Part shown: piece by piece, positions 1-12,636 of the stretch
Layout: each line of letters begins with the position of its first letter
Position numbering within the stretch: the first letter of the stretch is position 1
Assembly (NCBI GenBank): GCA_905178155.1
Contig: CAJINV010000016.1
Coordinates: forward strand, 1,749,102-1,813,101
Direction of reading: 5' to 3'
Source of the DNA: Amoebophrya sp. A120
Lineage: Eukaryota; Protista; Dinoflagellata
Length of the DNA stretch: 64,000 bases
Notes under the pieces: generated by a model
The model's input: the letters and a program-made list of their open reading frames with translations, nothing else
Told to the model about the DNA's origin: nothing
Database searches by the model: none
Program-made: the position numbers and the translations under genes

Positions 1-89
1 ATAAAATTTGTAATGCGCATTTATCTTAAGAAAAAAATTTGTAATGCATGACTGCGATTACTACGAGTACGATACTTTTGCAATTCATA
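1..89. mobile_element. Introner family B (partial, right end)
   Basis: Ends TACGAGTACGATACTTTTGCAATTCATA, like copies at 35293 and 38974. Confidence 0.85.
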
Positions 90-2235
90 TCTAGAAACGG
101 ATATCAAATGCTACGGAAATTATTTCAATTCTTCGATCTCACCCTACACCAACTGGTGACAACTCTTGTACGTGTACGAGCGTTGTTGAGAAATGGCACG
201 CCCGGTGTGTTTATTGTGGCTTATTTGAAAAGCTCTGCAGTGAAGCGGATGACGGCGATTATGCTCATCTACATCCTCATTTTCTCCAGCTGCATACATT
301 CAAATTGATAAACATGACCTATGTAAAAACCCATTGTTCTGGCCACAAAAAAGGCCGGTTGCCGTGTCTCGAGCGGCTTGCACCAAAATAAGATGAATTT
401 CCGCTAGGATAAGCAACTGCTGCAGTTCCGGAAGGGAATAGTTGGCATTCGATGCTGGTGAGGGAGCCGTCGTGGAGCCTCCAGACGGAGCCGTCGTGCT
501 TGTTGGAGACGTCGCGGCACCTCCACTTGCTGATCCTGGTAAAGGCGACAGTAGCGGTTCGAAGCTACTTTCTTTTGCTGACGTGGAAGGCATCGCCTGA
601 AGATCTTGGTACTCGTGTACCTTCGCCAGGCCGACCTGTATCCAATGCAAAAACCACCTCCCCACCCCATAGTCAAGCTGGGGATGATTTGGCTACGCAA
701 AGAAAGAGCCAGCATCGATCTTTTGGCTGTCGCGCGTGACAAGTTTGGGCGAGCCCAAACGTGTCATCGCGTTTCACTTTTCTAGCTGCATCGCAAATCG
801 ATACCCTGGTGCTGATTCCAGAAGGATGACAAACGTCCAGACAGCATTAGAGAATGCTCCTCATGGGGCTCTACATCATCATCATCATGTAGCGGACACC
901 CGCACCCAGCGCCACAGGTCAAGGATCCCCTCCCCGGGGGGTGGGCGAGGAAGCACTTTCGGCGACCTCATCATACAAAAGCCGAGCGCTACCACGGCAA
1001 GTCGCCCCAACACACATGACAAACATTCGAAGCTTGCGGATTTGCATGACAACAATGAGGTAGGGAGGTACAGGTTTTTCCTCAGCATAATCTGGTAGTG
1101 CGCCTCATCCGACTTCGCTTGGGGCAGGATTTTCAAGCAGCCGGCACTTCGTCTCGAATGAGAAGTGGCTGTGGAGGAGACAGAGGAGGCAGATGTTGTA
1201 GTTGAAGACAGCGAGGACTGTGGCGATGTAGTTGAAGTCATCAAAGCAGGATTTTGATTTGCAATTTCAGCAACAGATTTTTCATCCGCACTGCCATTTT
1301 GTTCACGTTCTTCTTCCCCGTCGGTAGTTACCACGGCTTTTATCTTCGGCGAAGTGTTCGCTCTCTCCACCACGTCGCTTTTGTTCCCCAACATCCCAAG
1401 CTCGCGCGCCAGCTCACACGTTTCCTTGTGCCACCGGTACAGGTTTCCGCGCATCCCACTGCCGCCCGAGTTGGTGCCGTACTGGCAAAAGGCCGTGCCG
1501 ACAAACCCCGCGGAGTGCCACGTGGACCCGGAAAACAGCTCCGCCTTTTCGAACAAAATCGCGGACCGGTTTATTTCATGTTGGTCCGGTTTGATGTTGT
1601 ACTTGTGGTCGTCTCCGAGGTCCTCGCGTTTCATCTTATTTGTGAGCTGGTACAGTAGAGATACGCCGGTGATGCCACCGCCGATGATGACAACCGAAGC
1701 CTCGCGCGGAATCGTCGAGGTGCTTGCAGCAGTCAAGATCTTTGTGCTGTTTGCGGTGGAACTACCCGCGTCTGCCGTCCTGCTTAAAAGTGTAGTTGAC
1801 CACGAGTTCGGACCGGAAGACGAGCCTGTTTGAACGTTGGTCGAAGGCGGAGTAGTATGAGAGTGCACAACTCCCCTTCGCCGTCATTTGCCTGGCATGG
1901 AAAGCAATACAAACACCAACACAGGTGTATGCTGTGCATGACAAGTTCTTCATACGCTGAGTGTAGTACCGACTGTTTAAGCTTCGAAACTTTGTAATGC
2001 AGACAGTGCCATCATCATCATGTAGTGGACACCCGCACGCAGCGCCACAGGTCATGTAGTGGACACCCGCACGCAGTGCCACAAGGCAGCAACTGGATTC
2101 GAGATTTTGCATGACAAATGAGGGGGAGGGGGCGTTGTCCAGTGTCATACGGAGAAATCGGCACGGAACTGGTGATGGAGAACCGACGTGGGTTGAGTAT
2201 GGATTGCTCAGACAGTCGTAGGTATAATATCCCAT
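1..2235 (-). CDS. FAD-dependent oxidoreductase, dimethylglycine/sarcosine dehydrogenase (GcvT-family)-like; spliced, 3' end probably outside the window
   Basis: IPREASVVIIGGGITGVSLLYQL Rossmann motif and FEKAELFSGSTWHSAG motif. Removing introner 639-1089 gives in-frame EAHYQVGLAKVHEY. Start codon uncertain. Confidence 0.7.
639..1089. mobile_element. Introner family F with nested retroelement
   Basis: TAT...ATA ends, DR ACCTG/ATCTG, reverse-complement match to 35533 and 54019. Confidence 0.85.
874..1010 (-). mobile_element. (ATG)n-tailed 5'-truncated retroelement, copy 1
   Basis: (CAT)5 followed by GTAGCGGACACCCGC..., near-identical to 19683-19820, absent from other family F copies. Confidence 0.75.
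1856..2149. mobile_element. Introner family C with nested retroelement
   Basis: TIR TATGAGAGTGCACAAC...GTTGTCCAGTGTCATA, interior matches 24608 copy; DR CGGAG offset by an extra TAG. Confidence 0.85.
2010..2073 (-). mobile_element. (ATG)n-tailed retroelement, copy 2 (very short, internally duplicated)
   Basis: (CAT)4GTAGTGGACACCCGCACGCAG, repeated twice, flanked by CAGTGCCA on both sides. Confidence 0.7.
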
Positions 2236-4169
2236 GTTACCAGGAGGAAGAAAATTTGTCATGCAAACGCCACATCATCTAGTTGCAGCCTATTTCGAGA
2301 AGTACAACAATAAGCATAGCGAAGTAAACTAAAACATAAACTAACAAAAAAGTACATAAAAGTGTATGAAAAGCACAGCTTGTTCCTGGTTTATTTCATT
2401 TTTCGTAACAAGAGAGTGAGGGCGGGGAGCAGAGAGAGCGAAAAGAAAGGGACCTAAAGAAGGAGTGATTTGCGAAAGAGGAGCGGGCAAGTGTTCGTAT
2501 GTATGCATTCTGGTGGTCAGCTGGTAATTGTGAACGTCTTCACTAGCGCCTTAAGCACCGGCCTAAACCTGCGCACCGTTTGCCTACGGTACACAGATCG
2601 ATCATGATCTGCGGCTCCAGCCTTTTGTAACTTGCTCGTGCGGAAGATGAAGAAGAAGAATGGGCGCGGCAGCAACGCTGATAGCTCGCAGCTACCACTA
2701 TCTCTCGGTAATTTCTCTCATGAAGAAACAGGACGACGAAATGAAGAAGAACACACATACAAGAATACTTTCATCTAGCATCGCAACTGCTTATTTTGTA
2801 TCAGCAAGTGCTAGAAGCATGCAAGGGAAAGACTTATACCATATGACACCTATTTCCACAGGGAGAATACCCATGACAAGTGCGAGCTCGTCTCCAGTCC
2901 AAACTGCACTTCGTAGGAGAACAACCCGGCAAAAAAACATGTGATGCGAAAAGCGCCAAGGCCAAGCTCGTCACGTTCCTAATGCTCATGCAAGAAGACA
3001 AAGTTTATTTTTCATCGTAGCAAGGTCTGAGACTGCGACACCTGAGCGGGGCGTATGCAGCAGCGGGCGCGCAAGGTAGTTCGTCGGCGGCGATCGCTCC
3101 GCTGTTGGACCGCTGCAGCTACTCAAGAACATGTTCGAATTTCGATGACCCGGATCAAATGTGACAACGTGGCCACTAGTCACACTGCCACTCGTGCGAC
3201 CCCGTGACGAGCATCTCCCTTGTAGGAGCCGCTGCATTTATTTGGCGTTATTCGTGAAGATCATGTCCAAGTGCGCAGCTGGTCCTGCTCTCCGTCTACC
3301 TGGTGGTGCTGGTCGCTTGTGTCAGTGGTCTACGACTGGGAGAAATGCTCGTCGACTTCCTTTCGCCAAACAGAGCTAAAAGGAAGCTATCTATGGCCTC
3401 TTTCTGACATTGAAATCGTGGGCGTCTTTGCAGTGATGGCATTTGTTCCGCGGGCGGGCCCAATCAATCTGGTTGCAACGTCACTCGCGAAGTTGCCATG
3501 TTCGTTGCTGGTAGAGATGCTAACTATATAAACGATCGACGCGCCACAGAAAATAAAGCTGACTATGTTCCGCAATTACACTTGGAACCTGGAACACAAA
3601 CTGACAAAGCAGCTAAGATACGCCAAAGAGCGAAGACAAACAACACGCACTGTTGACCTGCCTCATACAGAGCCGATCATTCTTGACATTGCAGAAAAAG
3701 AAGACTGATAAATAACTTCTGCATCGGGTACTACTCTTCAAGTGGCTTTGCGCTCGTCGCCTCTCTTGCTCGCTCTTGCTTTTCATCTGCACAACCACCA
3801 CCATCAGCACGAGCTTCATGCGTGCGCAGATGAAGGAGTAACACGAGCTTATGTACTACATACACCACCTCCAGCACCACACGAAAGAAAAGGAAGCGCC
3901 CTGTAAACAGGGTCTCCCTCGAAAATGCGTCGCACATCTCAAGATTTGCGCTGCATCGGCACCACGAGCAGCTGCGCAATATATAAAAAAGCACCAGGTA
4001 AATTGAGAACACGCCAGAATCTTTGTCGTTTCGCGCACGGGCGTGCACCAGATCCGAGGACGCAGGTCCTTCGCCAAGCGTTTTTTGTTCAAATGCTTCA
4101 AGAGTGGTTCATAGTCCTCGACCTCGTTATTTGTGTTTACAACTTCAGGACGTTTCTCCACAAGAACAG

Positions 4170-4630
4170 CACAGCTGTACGTGCGTGCTTGGTGCACCAC
4201 CCTCGTACTGCTGATTTCCGTAAATGTGGCCCCGCGCTGCTGATTTCCAAAAATGCTGTAGATCGCTGTCGTTCTCCTTCTTTTTTATTTTTTAGACAAA
4301 CAAGCTCTTTAAGTAATAAAATGCCAATAGTTCTTAACAATAACAGTAGTTGCCGCACGCGGATTGATATCAGACAGCTCAAAAAAGTCAGAGCGCTTTG
4401 TAGCGGGCGTCCCTTCCACCACCAGGACGGCACAACTGTACGTGCGTGCTTGGTGCACCCTCGTATTGCTGCTTTCCGTAAATGTGGGCTGGCGCTGCTG
4501 ATTTCAAACAATGTCGGTCGTTCTCGTTTTTTCAAAAAGCTCTTTAGATAATCAAATGCCAACAAAAATCAGTACCAGTAGTTGTGATCAAACCGCGAAA
4601 AAAGGTCGGAGCGCTTTGCAGCGAACGTCC
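4170..4630. repeat. Diverged tandem duplication, unit about 265 bp
   Basis: CTGTACGTGCGTGCTTGGTGCACC at about 4175 and about 4436, with continuing similarity. Confidence 0.75.
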
Positions 4631-5537
4631 CTGATGCTTTTTTCACCAACTACGTACTCAATGAACGGAGAGAGTAGATACATATGATACGAGGCCCTAC
4701 TTCCAGGTACAAAATACTTTAAAATTTAAGCTTCCATGCTATACTTATTTTTATTACATTCTTGGGATACAAAAAAACGCGGAGCAAAAAAATAAAAAAA
4801 GATTTACATGCCACAATTGAAAGATACAACAGAACAGATGCAAAAGGGCTTTATAGTGTTGAGTCTTCATTTTTCTGATATCTCATGGGGGCATGGACAT
4901 CTCGACGCTTCTTTAGACTCCCTTCGGGGTTAGGACAAAAAAGATGATTTGTTTTTTTAAAATTAGCTGATGCTTTCGAGCTCAAGCATGATCCGATTAC
5001 GATCTCCATCTCGACATAAAGTTTTACTTTACGCCGTCTTCAGAACTTGCGTTTAGTGCCACGAGTGCTAGTACTCGTACTTCTTGTGGCTGTATAAGTT
5101 AAAATGAAAACGCAATGGATTGACTTTGATACTTGTTCTCACGACCGTGGCGTGGCCGGAGTTGTTGTCGTAGGGTTCTTGCATTCACAAACAGTAAACA
5201 AGCTTTGTCTTTTGGTGCGACGGTCGAAAAATTATAGAAAGATTCTGGTTCCGTTCCTTCCACGTATTTTCTACATTGCAAAATGAAGATCCTAGCCGAA
5301 ATGTGAAATTTTGCACTGCAAGTAAGTGAGCGAAAACTGAGAGGCTGTTTTTTTGAGAAAACCTTGCGACATGATGCAGTGAGTCGTTGAAAATTAACAC
5401 GATAAACGCGAGCGTTGGTTCTCCTGGCCTGGATGAAGTAGTGATGCGGGCTCCTGCTCAATCGTGGCTCTTGTCCGAGTTGGTAGATCCAAACGTGGTC
5501 CAATCCATGTCCCACACGTCCTTGTTCTTGTCCACCT

Positions 5538-5740
5538 GTGTGTTATGGTTGTAAGATGGAGAGAACTCGGGTGTTGGTCGAGTCGAAGTTCTATTCATTT
5601 GATCCGTTGCTCGAAGCAAAACCATCCAAGGAAGCGTGACAGTTTGGTGGAAGTCCAAGCGAAATAACAGAACTGCAAGACAAGCGCTTTCTATTGGTGA
5701 GTTATTTTCCTTGGCCCCCAGTCTTTGTTGTTTTGATTGA
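5538..5740. repeat. Dispersed duplication of about 200 bp, copy 1 (partner 7685-7882)
   Basis: TGTGTTATGGTTGTAAGATG...TTCCTTGGCCCCCAGTCTTTGTTGTTTTGA shared. Confidence 0.85.
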
Positions 5741-7315
5741 TCACATTCGCGATCTGCAATCACAATCCCGCAAACAAACCCGCCAAGCTGGTCATCTGAG
5801 TGGTCATCTATACAACAATCATCTCACATATATTGTTGTCTTGGTCTTCATTCCATTTTTTCCAAACACGACCACAAAAGGATCCGCGTCACGGACTTTA
5901 TCAATATGGCACCAGCATGAAAAACATATCATAAAACTCAATAAGTTGCAAATCAACAAGGCACACAGTCTAACCTGCGAAGGAACCGGCTTCGGCGCAC
6001 GATCTTCACCAGCAGGAATCAGTCCCGATCCTCCTTCGGCAAGAGCAGGGTGAAGTGGTACTAGAATTGTTCGTTCGCCGTCTTGAACTTTCTCGTATTC
6101 CTGTAATTAAGTTGGCCGAATCTACTGAACTACGGAATGCAAATTTATGTATTTGTAACCACGTCGTCTACAAAGCCGTAGATGATTGTGGTTTATTCGA
6201 GTACGTGACAAGTACTTAAACAAGATTGACGAAGTCAACTAAAACGCTTCATGGGATTGGGGTCCGAATCCGATAAAAAGGTAGATTGCATAGGCGTTTC
6301 AACAAAGGAATGTTATATTTCTCACCACTTTTGCAGTCGTGTCGGCTGACGCACTGACTGCGGTCCGATCAGCGTCCCCGGGACCTCTGGAGCTGGTACC
6401 GCTGTCATCCTCGTCGACGCCGGTCGACGCACCCTGTCGTGCACGATAAGTATTATAAATGAAGGTCTCATACCATGGCGCCGGGCGATATTTGTAGTAA
6501 AACAAAAGCGCCCTCCTCGTGTCAGTTTTTTTCGTTCCCCCATGCGCCTTGTTCACTGTCTTCTTTTGAAGAAGACACACTACGCTAAAAAGAAAGTGTC
6601 CGGCTTCTAAGCGTTACACTTAGACTTAGTACACTTTCTTCTACAATGAATGGCTGGTCATCGTCATATGAGTAATCTATCGAACAACAGTCATCTCATA
6701 TATTTATAGCGCCCGGGAAAAAATCATGCGATCCATAGGCGCAGCTAGGTGGGAAGCGCCGCCGCGAATATTCAGATCGAAGAAAAGCGCTACGAAAATT
6801 GTAAAAGTGCATACTTCATCATCACTTCTTCTACCTGAACAGCCCCCGACCGCTGCCCAACATCTTGCGACTGTGCTGCATCAACGTCACGCACCGGAAG
6901 CCGAGCCGGAGGCTGGCCGACCGGCCGTTCAAAAGCCAGGTCGAAGTACTCGGTGTGCGGGCCGGCGGCCGCAGACGAAGCAGGAACCGGAAGCTGTGTA
7001 TTTTGTTAAGACGGGAACACGATTGTCAAAACACGACGAGGAAGCAGCCTACCATACATAGTCGTAGAATTAGAGTCTAGATCTGCAATAGGCTCGACGG
7101 AATGAATATTTAGAATAGGCTGTTCGTCCAGGAGCAGGACAATGCAACCACGAGAGAACGTTGATCCGAGAGAGGTGGTATCTAGGCTAATCGAGCCTCT
7201 AAGCGGATGCTGCACCTCCGTCTCGTGATTCGAAACGATGGATCGGCAGCGTTTGCTTTATTGAGGTACGAAAACGAATACGATGGGAAATAGGTAGAGG
7301 TAGGGCCCAGATTGA

Positions 7316-7510
7316 TACCCTGGGGCCCGGTACCCTGGGACCCGGTACCCTGGGACCCGGCACCCTGGGACCCGGTACCCTGGGACCCGGTACCCTGGAA
7401 CCCTGGAACCCGGCACCCTGGGACCCGGTACCCTGGGACCCGGTACCCTGGGACCCGGTACCCTGGGACCCGGCACCCTGGGACCCGGTACCCTGGGACC
7501 AGGTACCCGG
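7316..7510. repeat. 15-bp minisatellite (TACCCTGGGACCCGG), about 13 units
   Basis: Directly visible; gives periodic ORFs in several frames. Confidence 0.95.
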
Positions 7511-7684
7511 ATTTGAGCAGTTCTGCAGCTGCTTCGTCGTTACGAGAGATGATGGCCATCGTGGAAACTCGCGTCACCAATCCATGCGGCCACTCGCGAT
7601 CTGGAAGCCAGACCAATGCGCGCACTCAGATGAATGCGGGCCCAATGGGCACCTGCGCCCAGGTACCCGGGTCCCCCGAATGAA

Positions 7685-7882
7685 TGTGTTATGGTTGTAA
7701 GATGAAGAGAACTCGGGTGTTGGTCGAGTCGCAGTTCTCTTCATTTGATCCGATGGTCGAAGCAAGACCATCCAAGCGTGACAGTTTGGTGGAAGTCCAA
7801 GCGAAATAACAGAACCGCAAGACAAGCGTTTGCTATTTGTGATTTTATTTTCCTTGGCCCCCAGTCTTTGTTGTTTTGACTG
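7685..7882. repeat. Dispersed duplication of about 200 bp, copy 2
   Basis: Matches 5538-5740. Confidence 0.85.
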
Positions 7883-8941
7883 GTCGAACCAAAATCAAGC
7901 ATCCGGAATCTTCTCGCGCCCCTGCGCGCGCGCTGTCGAGTTGTCTATTACTCTGGAGCGCGCCTGCCTTGCCGTCTCTCTTTCATTCTCCAAACATCAT
8001 CGCCACCATTCTGCGAGCGCGCGGCTGCTCTACCCTTCCTGGTTTCTTTCCTGTCCGGACTCCTAGGGCAGGCCAACAAGGGGTCGCCATTTAGGGCGAC
8101 CCAAATCTTGTAAACTTAAAGCTGGCCGCATCATGAACTCGAGTGGTCATGTAGGAAGCAACAGAGCCACTGTAGATGAAGTCCAACTGAAACAAGGGAA
8201 GAAGGTGGACAAGAAACTACACACACATAGAAGATTTTCGCGCCGGAGCGGCCGCTACAGTATAAAGCTTCGCCCAATTTTTCCGTAGGCTTTTCTCTTT
8301 ACGGCCGACGCCAATGATGCACATCTGATGGCGCAAGTGAGGCCTGACAAGACGGCAATAAGTAGCCAGCTAGTGCGTCCTTTGGCACGCTGCTGCGCGC
8401 CCCTCCCTCCTCCGGCAAGGCAAACTGCGAACCCAGTTTCCAGCAGACATCCAACCTATACCATGGGGGCGCGGCTGCTTCCTTCAAGCGCGGACGCCTT
8501 CAATGCGAGGCTAGGTTTTTGTGGACTTGGGTGGGTGTGGCTCAGATTCCGACCAGAGGACCCCGGCTCCCTGCCAGAATCGACGTCGTTCGGGGGGGCG
8601 GCAAAACGCGCACCGTAGCTAGCACTGACTCTGCCTGAGTTCCGGGCGGTCCAGCAAGCAACAGAGCCGCGGCACTTAGCCCTGTTTTTTGGGTCTGGCG
8701 GAGGGCGCCACGCGACCCCACGCCTGCACTTCGTGCAGGAAGGGCTCTGGGGCTAGGGCTCGACCAGCAGACCCACTCTTGATTGGAGACGGATCACCCA
8801 GCGCAAGAGCGAGGAAGAACAATCAATGTCAATAATCAAGGAAAAAAAATTTTTTAAATTGCGTCGCTGCTTCAACTCAGTCACGTGATACCTCTTTCCC
8901 ACGCTCGTCCCCGACGGATTCGCCTTCGTATTGAAACGTGT

Positions 8942-9155
8942 CCCAATCGACGTCGTACTCGTCGGCGATGGCCTGTTCCAAAAAAGTGAAAAATTAGTAT
9001 GGCGCAGGCTTACGACACATCTCAAACAGGTAAAAAGAGGAAAGTGCCGGCTCGTGTACTTACACTCTTTCACCTTCTGCTTATGCGTTAGAAAATAGCC
9101 CAATGCGGGCGCGGGCGGTAGTCTACTTAATCGAGTCACTACTCGGATGCTGCAC
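8942..9155. repeat. Dispersed duplication of about 210 bp (partner 10822-11027)
   Basis: CCCAATCGAyGTCGTACTCG...CTGTTCCAAAAAAGTGAAAAATTAGTATGGCGC shared. Confidence 0.85.
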
Positions 9156-9276
9156 CAACACCATCGCCTCACAATATGAGACGATCGGCAAAGTTCTTTG
9201 TTATGTTCTTCTAAGATAGAAAGCAAAGAAAAGATCATGGAGCTTCGGTGGGATGGACAACCAGCGTACTGGAGAA

Positions 9277-10371
9277 CTAAAGTTTGTCGGTGTGGAGTTT
9301 AATTTTTTCTGCTTCTCTGGTGTCCGTCAAGAGGATGCTCATCAATTGTTCCAATTGCAATTTCAGTTGGGTTCCAGTAAAAAATTTCTTGCAGCAAACA
9401 ACTACAATCACGTCTACGTCACATGATGACACCCCCGCAACTACCTTTTCGGCCCGCTGGTAGGCCCGGGTTATGAGAGTGAACAACTCCCCCTCCCCCT
9501 CATTCGTCATGCAAAATGCCAAGTCTACCCGTTGCCTTGCGTCTTGGCACAGTTTACATGACAAGTTTCGGAAGCCGAAACAGAGCTAGAATCGACCGCC
9601 GATTTGTGATGCGAAAGCTGCATATTTGCCGGAGCTTGTGTTGCTGTGGATGCTATCCAAATGGGGGAGAGGGAGAGTTGTGCACTCTCATATGCGCCTG
9701 CGACTGGATTTTCGTTGCAGCTGCGTCTTCTGCTTTGGCCTGCGCCTGCGGTGTGTTGCGTAAATAAGCAATCTTCTCTGGCGTCCGTCAAGAAAATGCT
9801 CATAATTCCAAACAATTTAGCTCGGTTCAGAAAATCATTTGCAACAAACAACTACAATCACGTCTACGTCACATGACGACCCTTCCGCAACTACCTGTGC
9901 TTTTCTTTCCGCCAACTCCTGCCTGGCCTTTTTGGCCCGCATTATGAGAGTGAACAACTCCCTCCCTCATTCGTCATGCAAAATGCCAAGTCTACCCGTT
10001 GCCTTGCGTCTTGGCACTGTTTGCATGACAAGTTTCGGAAGCCGAAACAGCGCTAGAATCGACCGCCAATCTGTGACGCAAAAGCTGCACATTTGCCGGA
10101 GCTTGTGTTGCTGTGGACGCTGTCCAAATGAGGGGGAGGGGGAGTTGTGCACTGTCATACGCACCCTCCTCTGGATTTTCGTAGCTGCGGCAGCTGCTTT
10201 GGCCATGGCCTCCTGCGATGTGTTGCGTAATAAGCAATCTTCTCTGGTGTCCGTCAAGACCATGCTCGTAATTCCAATCGATCCAATTAGGGCTGGGTTC
10301 CAGAAAAAAACTCTTCCAACAAACAAGACAGCGGAAGAGGTGCGCAGCGGGCGCCTGCGCGATGCGGCCAA
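9277..10371 (-). CDS. IQ-motif repeat protein or pseudogene in a tandem duplication of about 465 bp
   Basis: Removing introner 9943-10159 gives AAATKIQRRVRAKKARQEL; the second unit is degenerate. Confidence 0.4.
9472..9692. mobile_element. Introner family C
   Basis: TATGAGAGTGAACAAC...GTTGTGCACTCTCATA; DR not retained. Confidence 0.85.
9943..10159. mobile_element. Introner family C
   Basis: TIRs as above; DR CGCAT/CGCAC. Confidence 0.9.
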
Positions 10372-11850
10372 AGTGGGCGCAATAGCATGCGCGCCCCAGA
10401 CTCATGGCCACAACACCCGGCAGACAGCGTTTCGGGCAGGGTCAATTTTCGACCGCTAGGCTGTCGCGAGCAATATCTATGCAGCCTGGCAATATAACAA
10501 AGCGACAATATAGAGAAATGGGGTTTTTGGTTGGCTTTGGAGCCCGTCGCGGCCAAATGTCATATTGGAGCACTGTGTGTCAACATAGTTATGTTAATGT
10601 AATCTGAAACTGAATTAAATAAGCAATGTTGTTTATGTTAATATTCTTACTTCTTCATCAGCCATGGAGATAAAATCCGGGGCGTTCGTTTTCGCAATAG
10701 CTTCTTTAAAGTCTCTGTCGAGCTGCGTTGCCTCGTCTGCGTCTTTGCTGACGACGACCGCGCCCTCCTGGAAAGGATTTATTGACTATGTTGCGAAAAG
10801 AAAGAAGCATCTATATGATTCGCCCAATCGATGTCGTACTCGCCGGCGATGCCCTGTTCCAAAAAAGTGAAAAATTAGTATGGCGCGCGCTTACGACACA
10901 TTTCAAACAGGTAAAAAGAGGAAAGTGCCGGCTCGTGTACTTAGACACTTTCTGCTTGTGCGTTACAATATGAGTAGTCCAATACGGAGGGTGGTTTAAT
11001 CGAGTCGCTACTCGGATCGCATGCTGCACATAACGCGCGGTAAAATAAAGAGAAGTTCGTGGCCAGGGATGAGAAGGAACAGATAGCGACAGCGAGCGGT
11101 GCCGGTGCCAAAGATCAAGACGAAGTGCTGACGATCATACTGATAAAAAGGATGATGACATCTTCGCAACAAGTAGTTGGTAAAGAAACGAACCTCGCAG
11201 ACCAGAGCAAGGTGCTTCGGGTCCCATTTTCCGGAGTTGCGAGATTCATCATCAATGTTCTGCAGAAAAAGCGCGGTTGCCACGACTTTCTGCACTTCCA
11301 GCGCATCAGCACCACCGATGACCCAACGCACACCCTCGCGGAACGCCTGCAAAAGTGGGTCGTGCTGTGTATCGTCCAAATAGTATCGAGTGCACAACCG
11401 TCGCTATCGTGGAGACCGAAACGCAGCAGCAAGGTTTACGTTTTTACACTCGCATGCCTATAAACAGAGGCCTGTTCTTCGTTTCTTGCAGGGACTGAAC
11501 CACGGACAGGTTTCTCACCATGCTATAATCTGATGACATGAAAACATCTCGTGACACAATTGCAGACGCTTGCAATGCAGATGCCTGACGAGTGTACTTC
11601 TCATGGTTCTTTGGCTTCTCAATGTAGGTAAATGACGGGAGCTCCACCACTCAGCTAGCCCTTTTCCGCGATGCCTGTCCGTGTCCCCCTGCAAGAACAT
11701 TTTGGTATTTGTTAAAAATATCCAATTATTTATGAATGCAGCTCAAGAGGCTTGGTCAAGTGATGTAATAAAAAGTAGTTCTAACACTACCCAAACCCTA
11801 TTTCGTGACCGATGAAACAGCTGTGAAAAGTAAACATTGCTTCTGCAAAT

Positions 11851-12636
11851 CTATGTTCCGAATCTGACCACGCCTGCGACGCCGTTGCATAAACGAGGAG
11901 GGACCTGGACAAGATCTTTCCACTCTCGTTTTCCGCTGGCATCATGTGTCTTCTTGAAAGCACCGGCTCCGAGATGCGTCAGTATGTCACTCATCACCGT
12001 GTCAGTGGAAGGCGCGACCTCCACTTGCTTTTGGAGCCACGCGACGCAGTTTCTGCCGAGCTGCTCTGCAGTGGGAATCACCGCTTGCACCTTGAAGCGA
12101 TAAGTGGGATAGGACGGAAGATAGTTGATCAAAGTGTCCCAGAGCGAATCCGTCTCTGCACAAAAGGCACGGGCATCGGTGACGGGCATGCCGTCATGGT
12201 TTGCGCAGTTGCAGACAATTTTTTTGTCCGCAGTTTCGAGGTAGTAGTTGTCTTCAAGAGCGCCCAGTAAGCCCACAAAAGGTTTGCATTGGTCATTGTC
12301 GTCGATCGATCGCGCACACACACCCTGCCCCGTGAAGGCTTTTTCAGCGACCTCCAGCACTGGGCCAGGATCTAACCAACCGAGCAAGGACCAAAAGTAG
12401 CCTTGTTCCTGTTGCTTCTTCGTAGTGTCGAAACGCTGCTGTGCCTGTTTCGCCTCATTCAAAACTGACGCGAGCTCGCGCTTTTCCTCTTGCTCTTGTT
12501 CGCTTAGTTCGTGGGGACGAAACTCGTTGCAGACAGAATCTTTGCGGTCGTCCAAAAACCTTGCCCATGCTTTTCCAGCTTCCCGGTACATCTTCGTATC
12601 GTGTTGCGTTCGTATCGTGTTGAAAACATGTACCAT
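11851..12636 (-). CDS. Hypothetical protein
   Basis: 261-aa ATG ORF with globular/coiled composition; no family recognised. Confidence 0.5.
   Translation of the reverse strand: MVHVFNTIRTQHDTKMYREAGKAWARFLDDRKDSVCNEFRPHELSEQEQEEKRELASVLNEAKQAQQRFDTTKKQQEQGYFWSLLGWLDPGPVLEVAEKAFTGQGVCARSIDDNDQCKPFVGLLGALEDNYYLETADKKIVCNCANHDGMPVTDARAFCAETDSLWDTLINYLPSYPTYRFKVQAVIPTAEQLGRNCVAWLQKQVEVAPSTDTVMSDILTHLGAGAFKKTHDASGKREWKDLVQVPPRLCNGVAGVVRFGT

Noticed and set aside
100-112. TATCAAATGC as an introner start
   Set aside because: The TIR core does not follow and there is no matching right end.
7316-7510. CRISPR array
   Set aside because: No unique spacers; head-to-tail units in a eukaryotic context.
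7182-7683. ORFs with GYRVP / DPVPW repeats
   Set aside because: Translation artefacts of the 15-bp minisatellite, open in many frames.
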